This document shows, piece by piece, positions 61,875 through 64,000 of a stretch of 64,000 bases of DNA. The stretch lies in NCBI RefSeq assembly GCF_009914755.1, contig NC_060926.1; one strand, given 5' to 3'. Source of the DNA: the human T2T-CHM13v2.0 reference genome, Homo sapiens. The translations under genes and the position numbers were made by a program. Numbering within the stretch: the stretch's first letter is position 1; each line of letters opens with the position of its first letter. The notes beneath the pieces were generated by a model that was given only the letters and a program-made list of their open reading frames with translations, was not told the origin of the DNA and did not search any database.

Positions 61875-62309
61875 TCAAAAATAAAAGATTAGGATTAGTT
61901 GGATTTAATTAACAGAAATCATCAGATAAAAATAAAATTTTACTAAATGAATTATGATAATATGCTTTATATTTTATTTAAAATGTAGCCATTGTTAGTG
62001 CTTGCAGTGTGTTTACATAATATTTCAAGTATATTTTTATTTAATTATTCAATGTGTATAACAAGTGTATTGTTTTGTATTATAAACAAAAATCAACAAG
62101 CCAAAATATTAGACGAAGATTATCAACATTTATTAACCTTTAGTAAGAAATCACCAGATATATGTTAGATACTCATCAAGTTCCCAGAACTACATATGGC
62201 ATATAAAGAACCATAAGATCTAGGTTCTTTCTTCAGGAAGTTCACCGCATGAGTGACTAAACTAGTTGCACATGTCTGAGAATAAAAGTTTAGAAGTAAA
62301 GACCATACT

Positions 62310-63860
62310 TTCACTCAGATCAAGATGGAGTAAAAGGGACTAGATTGATCTTTTCATCTAAAACAACTACACAACAGCAAAATATAGTAAACAACACTTT
62401 TCAACACATTGCACATCAGGAAATGAAAGGCAGTGATTCCTGGGTAATAGGAAATACTGGGTGCATCCCATGGCATCCACCGTTTACCAGAGAGAGATTA
62501 TAGGTAGCAGCACACACAGGACAGAAACAGAGCCCAGAGAACTCCATGAATAAAAGTTACGGGAAGTGAAAGTTATGGGTGGCTATATCTCACTGGGCAG
62601 AGGGTCAAGAGTTGACAGTTCAGCAGAGGGAACTGTGGGTATCTGAAAAGAGTCATCCTGGAGCATTCAGTCAAGTACTGATAAGTGCGTGCACATGTGT
62701 GCGAGCCAACTCCTCCAGGCTGGTGAAAGAACCACAGGAAAGAATTAGAGAGGAGAGTCCCCAAGTTCACACGGGTCCAGAAATCATGCCTGTTAACACC
62801 AACCAGATTCAAATATTTAATTCAAATTCTAATTCATGAGACTCTGAGTACTCTGCAGGGTCTGCCTTAGCAGTGGGGAACTATTAACCTAGACTAAATA
62901 AACTTTGTTCTAGTCTTCTCTAACAAATCGTAAAAGCCAAGCCTGAAAGGAGAAAACTGTTTCAAACTAGCTTAACTGTCAATAATTTTTTATGAGAATA
63001 TAAAAATGTATACCAGCAAAGTACTATGCAAGGAAAATATAAAAAGGAAGAAAATTCTCAAATCAATGACTTTTGCTTTCACTTTAAGAAACTAGAAGAA
63101 AAGCAACTTAAAGTAATAAAAGGAAGAAACTAAAGAAGGGAAATTTAAAAAAATAGAAGACAGAAAAACAATAGAGCGAAATCAGTAAAACTAAAAACTG
63201 GGTTTTTTATGTCAATAAAATGGTTAATACATCATGATAAAATTAGGTTTGTCCCAGGAATACAACCTGATTCAATATTAAAAAATCATTCAGCATAATT
63301 CACCATAATAGCTGACTAAAGAAGAAAACTCATATACATGTCCCAATACGTGCAGAAAAACCATTTGATAAGATATGGCTTCTATTATTGACAAAAACTC
63401 AAAAAATATGAATAGAAATATAACGAGGCACAAAACAGGGGTGATCACTCTCACTACTTCTATTTAACATTATCCTGGAGTTTCTAACTAGTATAATAAG
63501 GCAAAAATAAATAAATAAATAAAATAAAAAGAATCTACATGGGAAAAGAGAAGTCAAACTGTATTTATTTGCAGGTGACTAAATCTTCTACATAAAAAAA
63601 CATTTAACAGAATCTACAACAAATGCTGCTAGAATGAATAAATTAATTTAGTAAAATTGCAGGATACCAGGCTGTTATTAAAAAATCAATTGTATTTCTG
63701 TATACTAGCTATGAACAATTGGAAATTGAAATAGGAAATAACTATTTACAATAGCCTCTACAAATATAAAATATTTAAATATGAAAACATGTACAAGAAT
63801 CTGAAAACTATAAAACATTGCTAAGAGAAATTAACAAAATCCTAAATAAAGAGACGTATG
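62310..63860 (+). mobile_element. Old L1M (L1MC/MD-like) 5' region plus ORF2 fragments
   Basis: caagatggagtaaaagggactagatt at the 5' end; gcagaaaaaccatttgataa and aaaaatcaattgtatttctgtatactagc ORF2 relics. Confidence 0.7.
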
Positions 63861-63889
63861 GAGAAGAAGAAGTATAATATATATGTGTC

Positions 63890-64000
63890 ATTTATCATCT
63901 TTACAATCTTTAAGTGCACAATTCAGTGGTAATAAAAACATTTATATTCCTTTAATAACTTTTAAGTTCAGGGGTATATGTGCAGGTTTGTTATGTAGGT
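63890..64000 (-). mobile_element. L1 3' ends (L1M fragment, then L1PA) running off the window edge
   Basis: tttaagtgcacaattcagtgg; acttttaagttcaggggtatatgtgcaggtttgtta. Confidence 0.75.

Overview
This is AT-rich primate (very probably human) genomic DNA lying wholly inside the giant gene LRP1B (LDL-receptor-related protein 1B), transcribed on the minus strand. I read 16 coding exons directly from the sequence. All have AG/GT boundaries and join into one uninterrupted 2231-nt frame. In order they encode: the end of a YWTD beta-propeller, an EGF domain, ten LDL-receptor class A (complement-type) repeats (ligand-binding cluster III), two Ca-binding EGF domains and the start of the next YWTD propeller. 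From memory these are about exons 44-59; that numbering cannot be verified here. The introns hold about ten Alu/FLAM elements, several L1s (one 5'-inverted by twin priming), L2/MIR relics, DNA transposons (MADE1, Tigger3a, MER2, MER58, MER102) and microsatellites. Nearly all ORFs in the supplied track are repeat-derived or spurious. I found no evidence of a wholly new biological system. The most notable observations are an RGD motif in the EGF exon, a frame-open hydrophobic cryptic exon at 2566-2665, a template-switch triple inverted repeat in a FLAM, an intact MADE1 (miR-548-type) hairpin, inverted Alu pairs around stop-free phase-1 exon blocks, and a tandem GTGAGTAAGT donor.
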